Part shown: piece by piece, positions 1-14,650 of the stretch
Layout: each line of letters begins with the position of its first letter
Numbering within the stretch: the stretch's first letter is position 1
Made by a program: the position numbers and the translations under genes
Origin: Phoronis australis
Lineage: Eukaryota > Animalia > Phoronida
Length of the DNA stretch: 64,000 bases
Assembly (NCBI GenBank): GCA_002633005.1
Contig: NMRA01000041.1
Location: forward strand, 811,294-875,293
Direction of reading: 5' to 3'
The notes under the pieces: generated by a model
Database searches by the model: none
What the model saw: the letters and a program-made list of their open reading frames with translations, nothing else
What the model was told of the DNA's origin: nothing

Positions 1-1677
1 ATTTTTGACTTTGATACAAAACCGAAGGTAGACTCTACGTTGACTGCTCATTTGTAATGAAAATAAGTAGGGATCTTTTCATGCAACGCCCCTAATTTAA
101 GGACTAAGTCCCTAATTGTTTTAATCGAATTAAGGGTTCATTTTTCAGTTATATTATTAGAAAATGTCATTAGTTAAAGGACATATTAAAGATAAAATGA
201 TAGAAAAAACAACACGCCTGTGAGAATAGAACGAAACAAATACGCAAAAGATTTGGGGTACTTAGTTGGGTCCCTGTTTGCGACGGTTTCGTGCAACCAG
301 ACACTGGAACGCCATAAACAGACTACATTGCAATACTGAAAGTAGTTCTTTGCCGCTGAAATAGAATTCAACCTGCTCACCAGGTATTTTTAATATTTGT
401 TCGTAAAGATTTTTAATTTCTGTTGATATCAAAGCATTTTCTTTACGTTTGAAATTTCAAAAACTAAGTCATCTGTCAACTGCTCGCCACCTCGTCAAAT
501 TTTGTCCCACAATGCAAAGCACGTCTCCTTATTTGGTACATGACGTAGACGTAGCACCTTTCCCTTATATGGAAAATGTGACCTTTGACCTCAGACTACT
601 TTAAGCAACTGACTGAGCACATGCATGCATTTATCATATGTGGGAGGGAAATTAGAAACTCTGTGGTAACCAAAAAGTTATTTCTTCGCGCGCATTTCAA
701 AAATCGTGAGTCTTGTGATTTTTTCTGAAAATTTCCTCAGAGGGGAAAGTGAATTACTCTTTACTAGACGTTGCAAGATAGGACTTTGGCCAGTAATTGT
801 TAAAAGATACTTTGGGCGAGCTTTTGCGTTCCATGCTTCTTTAAAAAAAATGATTTTTTTATTTAGACCAGTCATCACAGGTAATTTCTGGGCTTTGAAA
901 AACTGACAGCTTGTTATTATTTGAGACCACACTCAGCGAATAAAATGACCCGCCGTGACAAGTCCACTTGTAGCGCCTGGTGACAAGTAATAACACAGTG
1001 TCTCTTCTTTCCAAGACCAAAACGCATACCTAATTTGACCAAAACAACAACATAGGGTGGTTTTCATAACGCCAGGTCTAAATCAAAAGTTGAAGGCGAG
1101 TTTCCAGCTTGAATCTATTTCTACTACATTCTTTCACAAAATTGCTCCAGATTTGTTAGTAATTTGTTACGAATGTGTTCACATCACAATTTCTTAGAAT
1201 TTAGGAGCGAAAAGGCTATGGATTCCCACATATTGCTGTGAGCAATTTCGTGACAATTAGGCCTATAAGCGCGACACAATTTAACCTGATCACATGACCT
1301 GTTCTCATTTAATTTGGTAACCTTTTGATTTCTTTGCCGCTAACGATATCGACTTTCCAGACAGTAAACGCTCTGATAACTGTAGACACTAATCAATATT
1401 GCTTATCAGTCCGTTAAAAATTGTTGCTCTGAAAGATATTTTTGCTTTATGATCAAATTATGTATTCCTTTTTGGACCATAGTGCTCATTGCAATTTTGC
1501 ATCTATATGGCACTGCTGGCGTTACATTCAGACATAGCTTAACGATCAGTTGAGGAAACGCTTATGACCGCGGGGACGAGCGTTTAAAATGTATATACGC
1601 GCACCCAGCCTTCTGTCGATGTGGAACTTTTGCTGACAAAAACGGGAGAACTAAAAAAAAAAAACGGGGTACCACAC

Positions 1678-1682
<5 letters not shown>

Positions 1683-1718
<36 letters not shown>
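1683..1718. repeat. (TG)n microsatellite
   Basis: Direct reading. Confidence 0.95.
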
Positions 1719-1719
<1 letters not shown>

Positions 1720-2415
1720 ACATCTGCATCGAGTGTATAAATAATCCTGTACAATTTTAGTGAAAAGTAATGCGATAAATGCATTCACCGACCCGACTAG
1801 TAGCCTAGTGTCAATCTTCGCAGTGGCGCGAGCATAATTCGAAAATTCGCTGTACGGTGAGGAGCATATAGTTGGCCTGGGGGTGACTTAATTGGTCGCC
1901 ATCACGCACGCATCTCTTGTTTCATGAAATGCCTGCACGGAGAAGCTGAGAAATCAGATTTCCCTCTTTTTTGTAGAAATCAGACAATTTTAATCGAATT
2001 TCAGTATTCAATTAACAAAAACATTTTTCTACCAAATACACTAATTAAAGCAAATTTTTAGTTTCAAATATGACTTACAGTCGTACGTGCAGGTTTATAT
2101 TGCTTGATTGTTCCGTTTCATTTATGGACATTACTGGGGAATTCAAAAATACATTATAACGTTATCGTATATTTCCTCACCATCATCAGCCGGAATCAAA
2201 AGCCTTTGAGTAAAACGGTTTTGTTTTTGCGAGAGATCCCTTTGGGCTTTGGCACCAGCAGAGCACACTATTATCGATGGATGAGTCACCCGAACTGTCT
2301 GCGGAGAAATGTTGATCATCACGTGACCAGACACTTGCCCCTGAGACGATGGTGAATTATTCCAGAAACTCGTCTAGTCAGAGTTAGTCAGTCTTGCGTA
2401 ACTCGCACAGCGCAG

Positions 2416-4178
2416 ATGAGGATGACACCTTTTCTAGGACGCTGGAATTTTATTTCCATTGACAACGTTGAAGCGTTTATAGAAGCAGCAGGTATTTGTT
2501 AGTTTCTAGAAATTCGTATATTGGGTATTGCGGTACTAGTTTAGTGAGACATAGTTTTTTTGTAAATATTTTGAAGAGGGAGGTAAGGTATCATTTTTAA
2601 AGGAGTACCCAACCAGCTTTTGGCTTATTAATAGATAATATCAACGACCTTCCCCATCTTGCTCGCTTATACAAAATAATGCTCTGCAACCATTGTCTCA
2701 GTAGGCTACCCTCACTAGTTCGACTAGATAAGTCAGTGCAAAACCTAGACGCGTGGCTAACGCTTTAGGAGAGTTACACGACTTTTGTGGGAAAGAATAC
2801 AAGAACCAAAAACTACATAATCTATCTGATGACACGTGAGTGTTTTAGTTGAACACTAGTTTAATGATGACTCAAGGGAAAGGCAATCGATGCACTAGAA
2901 TGGGCAGAACGAGAAATGGCTGAAATCACCCACAGAACTGTGTTAATTGTTGTGTTTAGTTTTTATGTCTAGAAGTGGGCAACATTACACAGATTTCCGA
3001 TATTTATTCCATATTGCTGTGGGAACATCGCGTAGCTCTGTACGAAGAGGAGAATTGAAGTCAAACTCTACTTGCAACCTTCCTATAGTACTAACCGTAG
3101 TTCAGTCAGAAAAAAACGTTATGCGGCTAAAGCACATCCTCACTGAGACGCAAAATAAATTACAAGGCTTAAGACGGAAGGTCTTTTTCTACAGATGTCG
3201 TCTTAACTTTGTTTATGCCCTTAACCCTTGCGACGTACGATGAGAAATTACTCAACTCTTAGACACAAAATAGTGCTCAGTAATCCTCGTTAGTCCTAAG
3301 AGTATGGAACAACATGTTTGGAAACTCATTACGAAGTCGGTTAAATCGGGGAGATATAACGCTTAAGATAAAATTCATGGTATTATTTAATAAAACATTT
3401 ACTAAATATGGGCCAACAACATTCAGACTGCACATGTTATGTAAAAGACAGGTTTTCTAATTTTCCTGTGTTACTAAATAGACTATAAGCTTTTTGCGTT
3501 CGAAATTAAGTGTTATATCATGACTCACTTACACAAATTTCGATCCATCATGGCAGTCTCTTTAGAGTTATCCTTAATAATTTTTAACTTGTACTTACTA
3601 AACGTAAAAGCCTACGAGGGTCCCGAGGGTCTGCTTCACAAAATTGGAATTAGTTGATCAACTCATAATAAAGGTGAAAATCTTCTCAATTTATTGTCAA
3701 TCGACAGTCACGAAATTACATGAGTCAATGGACTTCAGTTTCTGAAACAGAATGTGCAATGGAAGGGCCCACTAAAGATGAGAATTCTGCAGACGCCGGA
3801 TTTTGTTTATAATCGAACGTTTCGTTGTTACTCTCCTGGGGAGATTAGTCTGAAGAAACGTGTCCGTAAACGGACTGCTGATAGCGATGTCTAGACTGAA
3901 TCAGCGGGACAGTTTCCTGAAGAACAATGGAATAACGGAAATATGGCCAACTACTCGTTTTGATTAGTATCCATAGAAACGGAAATATTTTGGAGCTCAT
4001 CGTGTCGGGAAATTTACTCACAGTTGGAAATATCAACATGAAAGGTTTTCACATGAACTAAAGGTTGATGTAAAACTAAATAATAGTACTCGTGTTCTGA
4101 TACACGTTGCATCAGACGTGCGCAGGTAACTCAGTCCGGCCAATTGCACAACTTTTCGTTTTTTTATTGTACACATGC

Positions 4179-4246
<68 letters not shown>

Positions 4247-7200
4247 CACATATAAAATTAAGAACGTGCTGAGGGACCTGATTCAAGACACTAACAGCTG
4301 GGTCCAGTGGGATTTGAACCCTTGATAACAGGAAGCAGATATTCAACACGCCAAAAATAGACTGGTTGCTTGATGCCTTTTGCGGTGCACAAGGCGTGCT
4401 TAAGCCACACAGTTGGACCCATTGAACGCACCTGGTTAGGACTCAAGAGGATCTCCTCAGCATTGTCAGGAAAGTAGAAAGACTATTGCACCTGCACAAT
4501 CTGGAGATTTCTCAGTACCAGACAAGTCACATGTCCATATAGATTGCGAAAACCCTGGTAGGCAGGGCCAATTTCACCTAAATGTTAGAGAGTCTAAATT
4601 TCCGAGTCACAGTTATATGAAGCGCCAATGGGTTCTTAAACGAGTACCTTTCTGTGGGTAGAAATATAGATTATTACATTCTATCGTAATCTAGAACCCT
4701 CGTGGATTTTGGAGAATTGTCGCCCGATGGCTCTAGATAAGGGGTACAACGACTGAGAACATGTAACAATCTATACCACATACTGAACGATAAACATTGC
4801 AATGAATCGATCTGCCTTTCTCGGCTCGCCTCGGCCCGGCCAGGGTCGGAGGTCGTGACCTTTTAAGAAACGCCGAGTCATTCTTGATAGATAAAATAAT
4901 GTTTTTACTCAAAACCAATTGAAAATTTAAACAAAATCTAAATAAAATGAATCTATAAAATAAGTTTTAAGCAAGTAGGCTAGGCTGCTACACATCTTAT
5001 CATGCTAAGCTCCCAGTGTGAAAGTATCGTCTGCTAAAGTACGTTACCACTGGTTACTGAGTATAATGTCCAAGATTCCCGACGACATGTTTCCCACATT
5101 TAAACTGGGGATCCATTATTTACAAGTGAGAGAAAATTACAAATACGGTGAAAAATTTGAAGTTAGTGACGTTAAAAGTATTGTGTAGGCCAACGTCTTA
5201 TTTTCACAGCGTAATAAATGTCGGCACAATAAGGTTTGTTGAACATGAGATTATTGCGCGTCCTCATTGAAGTTTTCACGTATTGAGACAAGTCAGCTGC
5301 TGAATAGCTCAATGGTTAAGGTGGCAGCTGTCGTTACACGGAACCTGGAAGAAGTGTGTTCGTATCCAGCCCCGGCTTCCCGCCAAGTGTTACTCAACAG
5401 GCGTTAACAAAATGGGTTAACCAAGGGTGAAATGGCCATGTCAGGCTGATTATGTGGTATAAATGTGTTTAATCTACGCGCACTTTTCCTTAATCTTACT
5501 TAATCAACTCGTACTTTTAATCAGTTCGCATGGTCCAACCACGCCCTATTTTTATCAAACGCGCCATTATCACGCGCAGTTTTAAAAATGGTCAGTTGCC
5601 GATTTGGGCAACTAAACGAAGGATTGCTCAAAAAAGTTCTGGACTTTGTTCTTTACGAACAAACCGTAAAATACTTGGTGAGCAGGTTGAATTCTGTTTC
5701 AGTGGCAGAGAACCACTTTCAGTATTGCAATTTAGTCTGTTTATCGCGTGCGTTCCCTCTCTGGTTCCCTGCGTGCCGCTAGGTGGTCAGTAGGCAGCAC
5801 GCAGGTATAGCTTAATTTTCCTCGGGAATTTTTTTACACCGGCGTTTCTGATTGGCTAGTCGAATTCTCAACAGGCAGCACTTTACGCAAACAAACTGGC
5901 ATGACTCATGGAGTGAAGTGTAAATGTGGTACACAATGAGACAAATCGGTGCTTAAAATATATGTTCAGGAAATGTGAATCCTAGAAATTGTGGTTGCGC
6001 ATTTTCGGAGGACATCAATCCATTACAGCGTCCTGTCGTTCAGTAACTTTTCCAGACGTAAGGGGTGCTAAATGTGCGATAATATCTGGCTTAACTTAAC
6101 TTTCATTTTTATCAGCCCACCCAAGTCAGGCTAGATACGATCTGATCGGAGATTAGAGCAATTATCAAACAAAAGAGCGCAGGCTCTCTAACCATCAACG
6201 CCAGAATGGAGTTAATTGGCTACGGGGGGTAAACTTCCCAACTTGTTGTTGGGCTATACAATCGAACAAGTTGGGAGCAACGGGATGTCGCCGTCATGTA
6301 CTGACGATGACTTTTGTTTACCGTACGATACTGTCCTGTATTCGTACAGTTTGAATAACACATCGGTTAAATCGGCTAGATGTTTTGTACATGTATGTGC
6401 CGCTCAAGCACGCGGCTATTAACATCACTGCAGAAACGAAATAGTTTCAACGACGCCACTTGCATGACAAGGCTAAAGATCGTTCACCGTCCACCGGTTT
6501 CAGTCACGGTGTTGCAAAGCTAACCAATGACTGCTGATGTAAACATCAACCAATGCTATAGCGCGTGCCACTGCGTGATATCTGCGTGCTGGCTAGGCAA
6601 GTAGGGAACCAGCGAGGTGCGTTCCAGGCCTCTTTACTCACGATCTGCGCGCAGAAAGGTACTCCGCGTTTAAGAACCCTTTGTCGCTTCAGGCAGTTTG
6701 AACAGGCCACATGTCCTGGGGTGTTTCGATGCCGAGCTAAGTGGTTTCGCAGATAGGATTCTCTTTCCATTTTCAATTACAAAAATATACTACTCCATCA
6801 GAGGCTCAAGAGTGTGATTTTAAAATCATTGAAATTGGCCGATCCTAAAACTGTAAAAATCGAAAATGGCTCCCGTTTGCATTACCTGTGACTCAATCGA
6901 ATTAGTGAGGGAAATAAATATTACGAGACCGATTTTATAAGACATGGCCAAATTGATATTTGGTTTTTAGCCAGCTGAATAGGGAGAAATGAAGCTTTTA
7001 AAGTGGAAATCGCCGTTTCCTATTTAAGCATCACATGATGTTGACGGCATTGTACATTCATAGTTTAATTCAAGCGTGAAGTTTTTCTGGTCATATTCTC
7101 AAAGTCATATACTGAAAGTTGAAATTAATAAAATAGCGTAATACCGACCGTTCTACTTCAAATGGACGTAAGTCATCGACGTTGTCTTCTTAACATAAGC

Positions 7201-9516
7201 GGATTGATTGTGATGTAGGATTATGCGCACAGTCTTTAATCATGTTTATTTTGTCAGGTGAAAGTTTTCAAGAAGAAATGAAGCCGTTGGTTCTTCAAGC
7301 ACGGCCTGACCTTGAGTACTTCCAAGATGGCCAGCTGTGCATTCTCAAGGTCATCTTTAATCCGAAATATACAAAGGAGTTCCACTTTTTCATGGGGCAG
7401 TCTTTTGACACAACAACAATTGATGGTACACTAGTCAAGGTAAGCTATGTGAATTTTATAGGCCATTGAACGGAAATATCCGTCTCTCGGGGTAGTGTAA
7501 CTATTTGGATTCATGCAATGCATTTCTGTGCCGTTTCCAATATCCATGGGAACGGTAACATGCTTCATAAAATAATTATGGCATGAAATATTTACCATGG
7601 TTAATAAATGAAAATTGTTTGTTCCGTCACAAAACGTAGTTTGATGACTTCTGCAATCACTGTTTTGGAATGATTAACTGTTTAATCAAAGACAACCAAT
7701 TTTCTAACTAATTACTAAGTGCGCAGGTAGGCTAACATCACGCACTAAATTTTTCGAAAGTTCGGTAGAAATCTACCTGAGACCGAGACCATCAAATTCA
7801 AGTCGAGACTGCCGAATGGAATCTGGGAGAATTTTAGGGGGTGGAAGGGCCATGGCCCCCTTGCCCCCACCCTAAGTCCGTCACTGCAGGCCCTGATGTC
7901 TGATTTTAAGTTTGTGTTTTCCATAAGTATATGTTATTGCAGAGCCTGGTAGACATGGAGGGGGACAAAATCGTTGAACTTCACAAAGGAGCGAACAAAG
8001 AATCCCGAATAACACGAGAAGTTTGTGGAGATGAACTTATTTCAGTAAGTAAAAAATACAATCCGCCTACTTTTTTACCCAGGGGACCTCCGTACTTTAG
8101 ACAGGGGTGTTCCCATGGGAAATAAAGTGAACCCACCATTTCAATTTATTATTTGTTTATTATTTAATCTGTTAGCCTTATGCTGATTGTATTAATTCTA
8201 GACATCACGTTTGTACCGAATACGCAGGCGTTGCTGTGGAATTCGCTGAAGTTTGCATGGGGAGCTTTTTATTAGTGTAATTCAAACAGCAGACTCCGGA
8301 TATCCAGGGATACTATTATATCTGGGCAGGGTCGGTTTCTGTGAACAGTGATAGTCAAAGCTTAAAGTACGCCCTCAAGCAGAATCGATAGTTCTGATCT
8401 CCCGGAAAGAGCTAACAAGTATTTATGGTTGTGATCAATATCTGTTGGTTTCCCACCAAAGCGCATGCTCCCCGTCAGTATGCAAATACTGACCCAAGTA
8501 ATGCGGCGAAGAACAATATTAGGCTATATATATGGACAAAGGTTAATTAAGTACGCGTTTCCGCACGACATTTCGCGATGATAGCAAGCTGCATCTACAC
8601 GTACCTAAAAAACAAGTACCCGAGGCGTTCGCGCCAACTTTATAGAGTTATACATGAACTAGCCTCCCCAGCCCACTATACGCGTACTACGCCGCCCTGT
8701 CACAATAAGCTGCGCAGCGTTGAAAAAGTCGGCCGCCCATGTGGTAGAGTTGCACAACACGAAAGCGGAATGATGTTTTAGAAAAATACAACAATAGATA
8801 CCACATTGGAATTTATATCACCTAAAAATTATCATGTTACTGGTAGCCTACTGTTGTTGCTAAATTTACTAGACATGATGTCATGACCCAAATGATGGCA
8901 GACTGGTACTGAAAAAGACAAAAACCGAATCTACAAGTTCTTTTGCATTTAGAAAATGTAGGCCTATACTGTTGCTAAATTAAAACATACAATTTTGTAG
9001 ACATTTGGTTAAATACGTCGACTTATCGATAAGGTTGTACGTAATGACAACGTTCCCGAAGTAGTCACTCGAAGAGATACCGAGTTCGTTTTCACACCGT
9101 CGTTCGGAGCAACACTTATACCGTGCCGCTGGCGCCGGCGGTGGCTGCAAATAGTGCCAGCCTCAATACGTGTAGCTAGCTAGTTTCAGGGTTACAGTAA
9201 AGGAACTTGCCTCTTAGTTATATCGAGTTCAAAGTTAAGTACAATAGAAATATAGTTTGAAGGTCGCGTCCGCCAGATTCAGTTTGTAGGCCTGAATAAT
9301 TTCAATTAGATCAGTATTTCCCTTTTGCAAAAGGGAGTTTAGCGTCCAATAAATTTTCCAGCTTCGTCTAAAATGGCCTAACATTTTTGATCAACATTAC
9401 GTATTTGAATACAGTCGTGTGATATTTACAACTTGAATAGCTAATATTGTTTTTACTTTTAGAAAATGGAACTCAACGGAGTTGTCTGCACGTCTGTTCA
9501 CAAGCGGGTGACGTAA
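2416..9516 (+). CDS. FABP: Fatty-acid-binding protein / intracellular lipid-binding protein family gene, 4 coding exons (2416-2491, 7258-7439, 7943-8044, 9463-9516), 137 aa
   Basis: Spliced translation: MRMTPFLGRWNFISIDNVEAFIEAAG|ESFQEEMKPLVLQARPDLEYFQDGQLCILKVIFNPKYTKEFHFFMGQSFDTTTIDGTLVK|SLVDMEGDKIVELHKGANKESRITREVCGDELIS|KMELNGVVCTSVHKRVT*. It has the N-terminal GxW motif, F-x-x-G-x-x-F-x-x-x-T-x-DG, and TRE. All introns are GT-AG with the classic FABP phases (1,0,0) and a 102-nt exon 3. Alternative start at ATG 2422. AATAAA at 9835 and 9874. Confidence 0.93.
4180..4244. repeat. (CA)n microsatellite
   Basis: Direct reading. Confidence 0.95.
4410..4568 (+). mobile_element. Possible RTE-clade LINE 3' relic
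   Basis: Fragmentary translation VGP...QEDLLSIVRK*K...QVT...IAKTL..QG resembles the RTE ORF C-terminus (EDLL..V..RKL.W.GHV.R...LAKT.LQG). Heavily decayed. Confidence 0.4.
5298..5430 (+). mobile_element. tRNA-derived SINE head
   Basis: A-box-like TAGCTCAATGG (~5305) and B-box-like GTTCGTATCC (~5358). No convincing cloverleaf. Confidence 0.5.
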
Positions 9517-11003
9517 TACAGGTTATCAACGGTTAATTTTAAATCAAAGTTAGCTGCATACTGTACAGCGGCACAGCGCAACATATCTGCCCTTCGCTTT
9601 ACTGAATGCAAACGTAAATACGGACTTAGAAGTTTGTGTCAATGGCATTACGCATAATTTCGGTTAACAGTTATTGGAAACGATGGCACACATTTCTTCA
9701 GAGATTAATTGTTTCAAGAAGACAAATGATGATGCTTGGACAGACGACAAACGTCAACAAATATAGTTATGGTCTCAATGATAGACTCGACCGTTTATAA
9801 CGCAAATTGTGCCATATGAGAAAAGTTGGTTTGCAATAAATGTGTTTATTCATGCTTGTATTACATGCAAAACAATAAATACATTAACTGACTGAAATGT
9901 GAACACATGCTTTAATATAAGGTCACAAACTGCTTCCTCCAAGAGATGTTTCAACACAGAAACCAAACCACTTCAGGACATATGAAAACTGCACTGAAAG
10001 CCCTAGCCGTTAAATGGGTCTATGTCCATACTAGACACAGTTAGTCCAACTGACTTTTGAACAGAAAGTGGCTGGGCTATTGGCATGCACGCATCACTGC
10101 AGTCTCAGTCCTTTCGAACAGCCATGCAGCCCTTCACAGTACATGCAAACAGTCCCACTCCTTCCAAACAGCTAGGCAGCCTTTCATTGTACAACCAGCT
10201 GTTTATCAGATAATGTAAACAGTACAATATAACTGTGCATGTGAACTGCCTGGGAAACCAACTCAGTAAGTGAGATGGGGGGGGGGGNGGCTGAATTGTA
10301 GGTATTGTATACACATTACTGTTAAGTCTTGCTAAGAAGAGAACAAGTGAACTATAAACTTTTGATTGAGATTTGATGCTCAAAACACAATCTGACAAAT
10401 ATGAGAACATCAATCGTTTTCAACTGTCTGAAGCAATTTCTACAAAACAGCTAACTGACAACTACGCTTTTGAAAACTGTTCTTTATCCATCAAAATAGA
10501 ACTTTCTCATGAAGAGTACAGCAGCAAGTTTGCACCGGCTCAACTATACTTCAGCACCATAAATAAATGAGAAGTGAGTGAGAAAATGATTGTAAATACA
10601 CATGAAAATGGTTAAATTTCATACATTCACTATTCAATCATAACTTGATTCCAGTTGTACAAGTAAAAATTCTGGAGGTTCACTTGCATGTAAAACCGTG
10701 AGTTAGTGAATGTGAAAAAACACATCTAGTAGCTTTCAAATAATGCTGACAACTTCCATTCATCTTTACCAAAATTATGCAGCAAATTGTGAAGAAAGTC
10801 AAAAGATTATTGATTCAGAGACTTATGTGAACATTTTTCCATCTAACTTTTTTACAAGTAGAACTAAAATGGAAATGGTCAGTGTTCTTTTAAAAGCTAC
10901 CATAAAATGATAAAAAGTTTGCCGTGAATGAAGTGCAAGGTGATGTGACTGTGCAGTGATATGATGATGACTTTGATGACTGGTAATGGCCACGTGTAAT
11001 TTC

Positions 11004-14000
11004 TCATGCGATCCTGTTGACCAGTCTCCCTGTGTCATCTTCCAACAGGTTCTCAATTCGTGCTCTCTGGAAAACAGAACAACATAACATTTATTTGCCA
11101 GTCACATGTACTAACCTTGTACAAAAAGGAACAACACAAACTTTTGATCAACAATAAACTTTATCTCACCAAGGCAGATGTTCTTTTTCTAACCCATATC
11201 ACCAGGTTGTGCCCATGCTCATTGTTCACGATTTTTAAAAGACAAAATTTTCTTCTTTTACAATGACACTAAATTGATGTTATGCAGTCCCTTCTAAATA
11301 GGTCATACGGTAAGCTGGCAGGACACATGAGTGACTTATAACTATCATGGCAGTGGAACTCCAAGGACTTTCAATTGTGTTATCCCGAAGTCAACTGACA
11401 CGCCAGAATGCTGCACCACTCAAGACTTTGCAAACATTCTTTTGAGAAATGTGTTGTTTTGCAAATAGAATAACATTCATTTCAGTCTACAATTAGAGTC
11501 CATGAAACCATTGTATTTGTACATGTATATCTTTTCCTTGATGTGAAAACACAACCTTTAGAGACAGTGACTGAGATAAACATCGTTGAGCTATCATCAG
11601 GTTCTATTACCTCCAAGACCACAGGAGCAAACTTCAACGAACATCGTGCAACAAGATTGTGTTAAATTTACATTTTCTCATGTGAACAGAGTGTGAGACA
11701 GCATTGACGGTCCATTGAATACAGCAGCTGTCTCAACCGCTGGCATGAAGATTCATGAAAAAACTTCCCCACTACCGCATGCATATGCTACATATAAAGC
11801 CTTGCTAATGCTAACGCCTTACCTCCAATTTCTCAAGCTTATCACCTGGGTCACTGTAATCTTGATACGGGGGCACTAATGCCTGCAACCTCACTGCCTT
11901 CAATGCTGACGACTGACAAGATATCAGATGGTTGATTTCTTGGGCCTGTAATTATGAAAAACATTATTCCAATAAAAGTATTTAGGTAGTCAAATTAAGT
12001 ACTATTTAGATTAAATTTGTCTTCATAAAACTGCATTTCCCAGTGTCAATTAAATTTAGATAAAAATCAGTAAACTTCAACAAAACTCGGAAAAGTTGTT
12101 ATTTGTAGGTGGATTGATCCTTCACTGTATGCATGTACTTACCAGGAATTCACAAATAAAAAGGCCCATCCAAAAGTACACCCCACTGTGAGCATATTTA
12201 TGATAACTCTTTGCATGTTTTGAAAATCTTACCAATTGTTCTAAAATATGGCGTATGTAATAAGTTTTGATAAAAACTTTTGTCTATTTCAACAAGACAT
12301 TATACTTTGGGATTGTGATATCACTAAATTGTTTCATGCTCTGGGATGATACTTTTTCATTAAAAAGTCTCCTTGTTGACTCAGTTTAATGTAAGTTAGT
12401 GCAACACACCTTGTTTGCTTGATAACGAAGTCTCATAATTCGTAGCCTATTCCTGGCTTCAGCAGCTTTTAGTTGACCAATTAATTTTGCATGTTTGTCT
12501 CTTTCTTCTGTAACTTCTTGAGGTGTAGGAGCACTGGCCCGATCAAATGCCTTTTTCTTATCAAGAAGCCTCTTTTTGATAACAGCCTGTGATTCAGCGA
12601 CCTCTTTGGGTGGTTCCTCATACTATAACATTAGAAGAAATTTGTCAACTCTGAGTTAGTAAATTCAATTGAAAACCATGAATACCGTACAAGCTAAATC
12701 CCTTCACCCAACTCCATCAGCATTGTAAAAAAGGCAGAGGTTTTTCTGAGTGAGGACTTTTAATGTGTGAGTATCCTCATGGGTAGTCCATCAGCACCGA
12801 AGGAAAGGGTCTTGATTTAGTGGACTGATGACCAGTTACAAATATGAGATAAGTTAGGTAGCCCGTATCATATGGTAGTTGGGGAAGTTTTTAAAAAGTC
12901 AAAACCAAACTGGAAATGTACATCACAATAATGATTTTACAGAAATTCAGTCGATACATAAAGAGAATTTGTTTATTCAACATATCTGAAACAATTAACT
13001 TTAATTACAATGATGGGAATGTTGCAACATACAGTCAAATGGGCTGTTACAATGAGCCTGGCCCAATTTTGAAGTCTAGAGGATCGTTGTAATGAGGACA
13101 GATTGTAAATTAAATTTCAGGATAAGAGTCCCTATTTTCTTCTTCACTGAATGAAAAATAGTTAAATTAAAGTAGCTGCATTTCATCCTGTTTAGTTGGC
13201 TAAGAAAGAAGATAGAATAGGTCTTTTACAGTCATATAACTGGTCTCATCATATTCTTTAAATAGGACCCTACTACATTAGCGACTATAGAACATATAAA
13301 CTATCAGGAACATAAGAAAATACAAACAAATAACAAACTCTAAAATTGTTTGTGACTAGAGTTGCCGGCTTATTTGGCAACAACTTATGACTGGACAGGC
13401 ATGGTAATGTTTTGAAAGTACACAGCACCTCAGCACCATTGACAGTTCAGCAAGGTGAAATACAGCTTTAATTCAGAAATTATTTTATTCTCAATATGTA
13501 GCTCAGTATATAACTCACCATCATCCATCTACTTTTCTGGTACATAGACATCTTCTTTTCTTTTCCCTTGAAAAAGTTCCAATTTTTTGCAACAAATTTT
13601 TCGTGTGAGACACTTTTATCATCATCATCATCTTTTTCCTCCTTTTTTACTGGCGGCAATTTAACACCTTTAGAACCCTGCAAATGCAAAAAATGGGCAC
13701 ATTAAACTTATTTCCATTCACGTTATGCTCCTGTGCTGTCAAGGTGAGTTTTCCGATGTCGCTGATTGGGAACTCAAGTTACACAGCTGTGTCATTATCA
13801 GCTTGACAGTGACAGCAAGAGGAGAAAGTTGGCCAATGTTTACATAGTCTAGCTTGCTCGTTGTCTTCGTTCGTCTGATAAGCTCACGTAATTCGGCAAA
13901 CAGCATGCCTGACTCTAACCGATATTTAAAAAATACTATTTCCAAACAACGTTCCACAAATCTCATGAAGGCGTTTTTTATGAAATATTATCATAAAAAA

Positions 14001-14650
14001 ATCAAACGGAGAAAAGCGGTTTACTTTCAGAGAAATTAGACTTAACTTTCAGCTGCTGATCCTTTAATGTGTGACTATAATTAAGCTGACTGACCCGTTT
14101 ACCACGGCATTGTGTACGACCAACACAGTTAAGGCTTCTTTGTCAAGTTTAATCAAACGTGGTTCTAGATCAGACAGTGATGATGGAAATTTCCTGGTTT
14201 TAACAGATCAGGGAATGGTACGCAATGTTTGACGTCATATTCCCTGATGAGAGCAATTAATGTAAAAATGTTCGGTTGCCGATTTGGTCAACTGAACAAA
14301 GGATACTGCATGAGATAAAAGTTTGATTGAGGGATTATTTGTTCAAGCTGTGAAAAGTTAATGACATCAAGGGCTAACAAGGCCATATGGCTTCAAGTAA
14401 TCTGTGTGACTCCGATGCATGATTCGCAGAAAGACTTCAAGAGTAGGAAAGGCATATGAGATGGCCACCATCTCTATTGTGGCAAGTGGAGACTGTGGCA
14501 CTGTCTCTTTGTTGACTACCTCCCCAGGCCTGTAACCTAGCTCAGCCTCTGAGTCTCATGCCTGGCTCTGGTCTGGGCTAGTGGGCTGGAGATGGTTAAA
14601 TAGTCATCGAAAACGAACTTCAGAGCTCTGTACCTTACCTTTTCTGCCAT
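11004..14650 (-). CDS. LKAAEAR1: LKAAEAR motif-containing protein 1 homolog, 5 coding exons (14650-14639, 13677-13519, 12622-12410, 11945-11823, 11066-11004), ~189 aa
   Basis: Spliced translation: MAEK|GSKGVKLPPVKKEEKDDDDDK...MSMYQKSRWMM|YEEPPKEV...KHAKLIGQLKAAEARNRLRIMRLRYQANK|AQEINHLISCQSSALKAVRLQALVPP...DKLEKLE|RARIENLLEDDTGRLVNRIA*. It contains the literal LKAAEAR signature and the downstream E-I-x-x-L-I-x-C-Q...A-x-R-L block. All introns are phase 0 GT-AG. The 12-nt first coding exon is less certain. Confidence 0.9.

Noticed and set aside
4033-4349. Cys-Val / His-Thr repeat ORFs (also near 1584, 16548 and 48944)
   Set aside because: These are translations of dinucleotide microsatellites.
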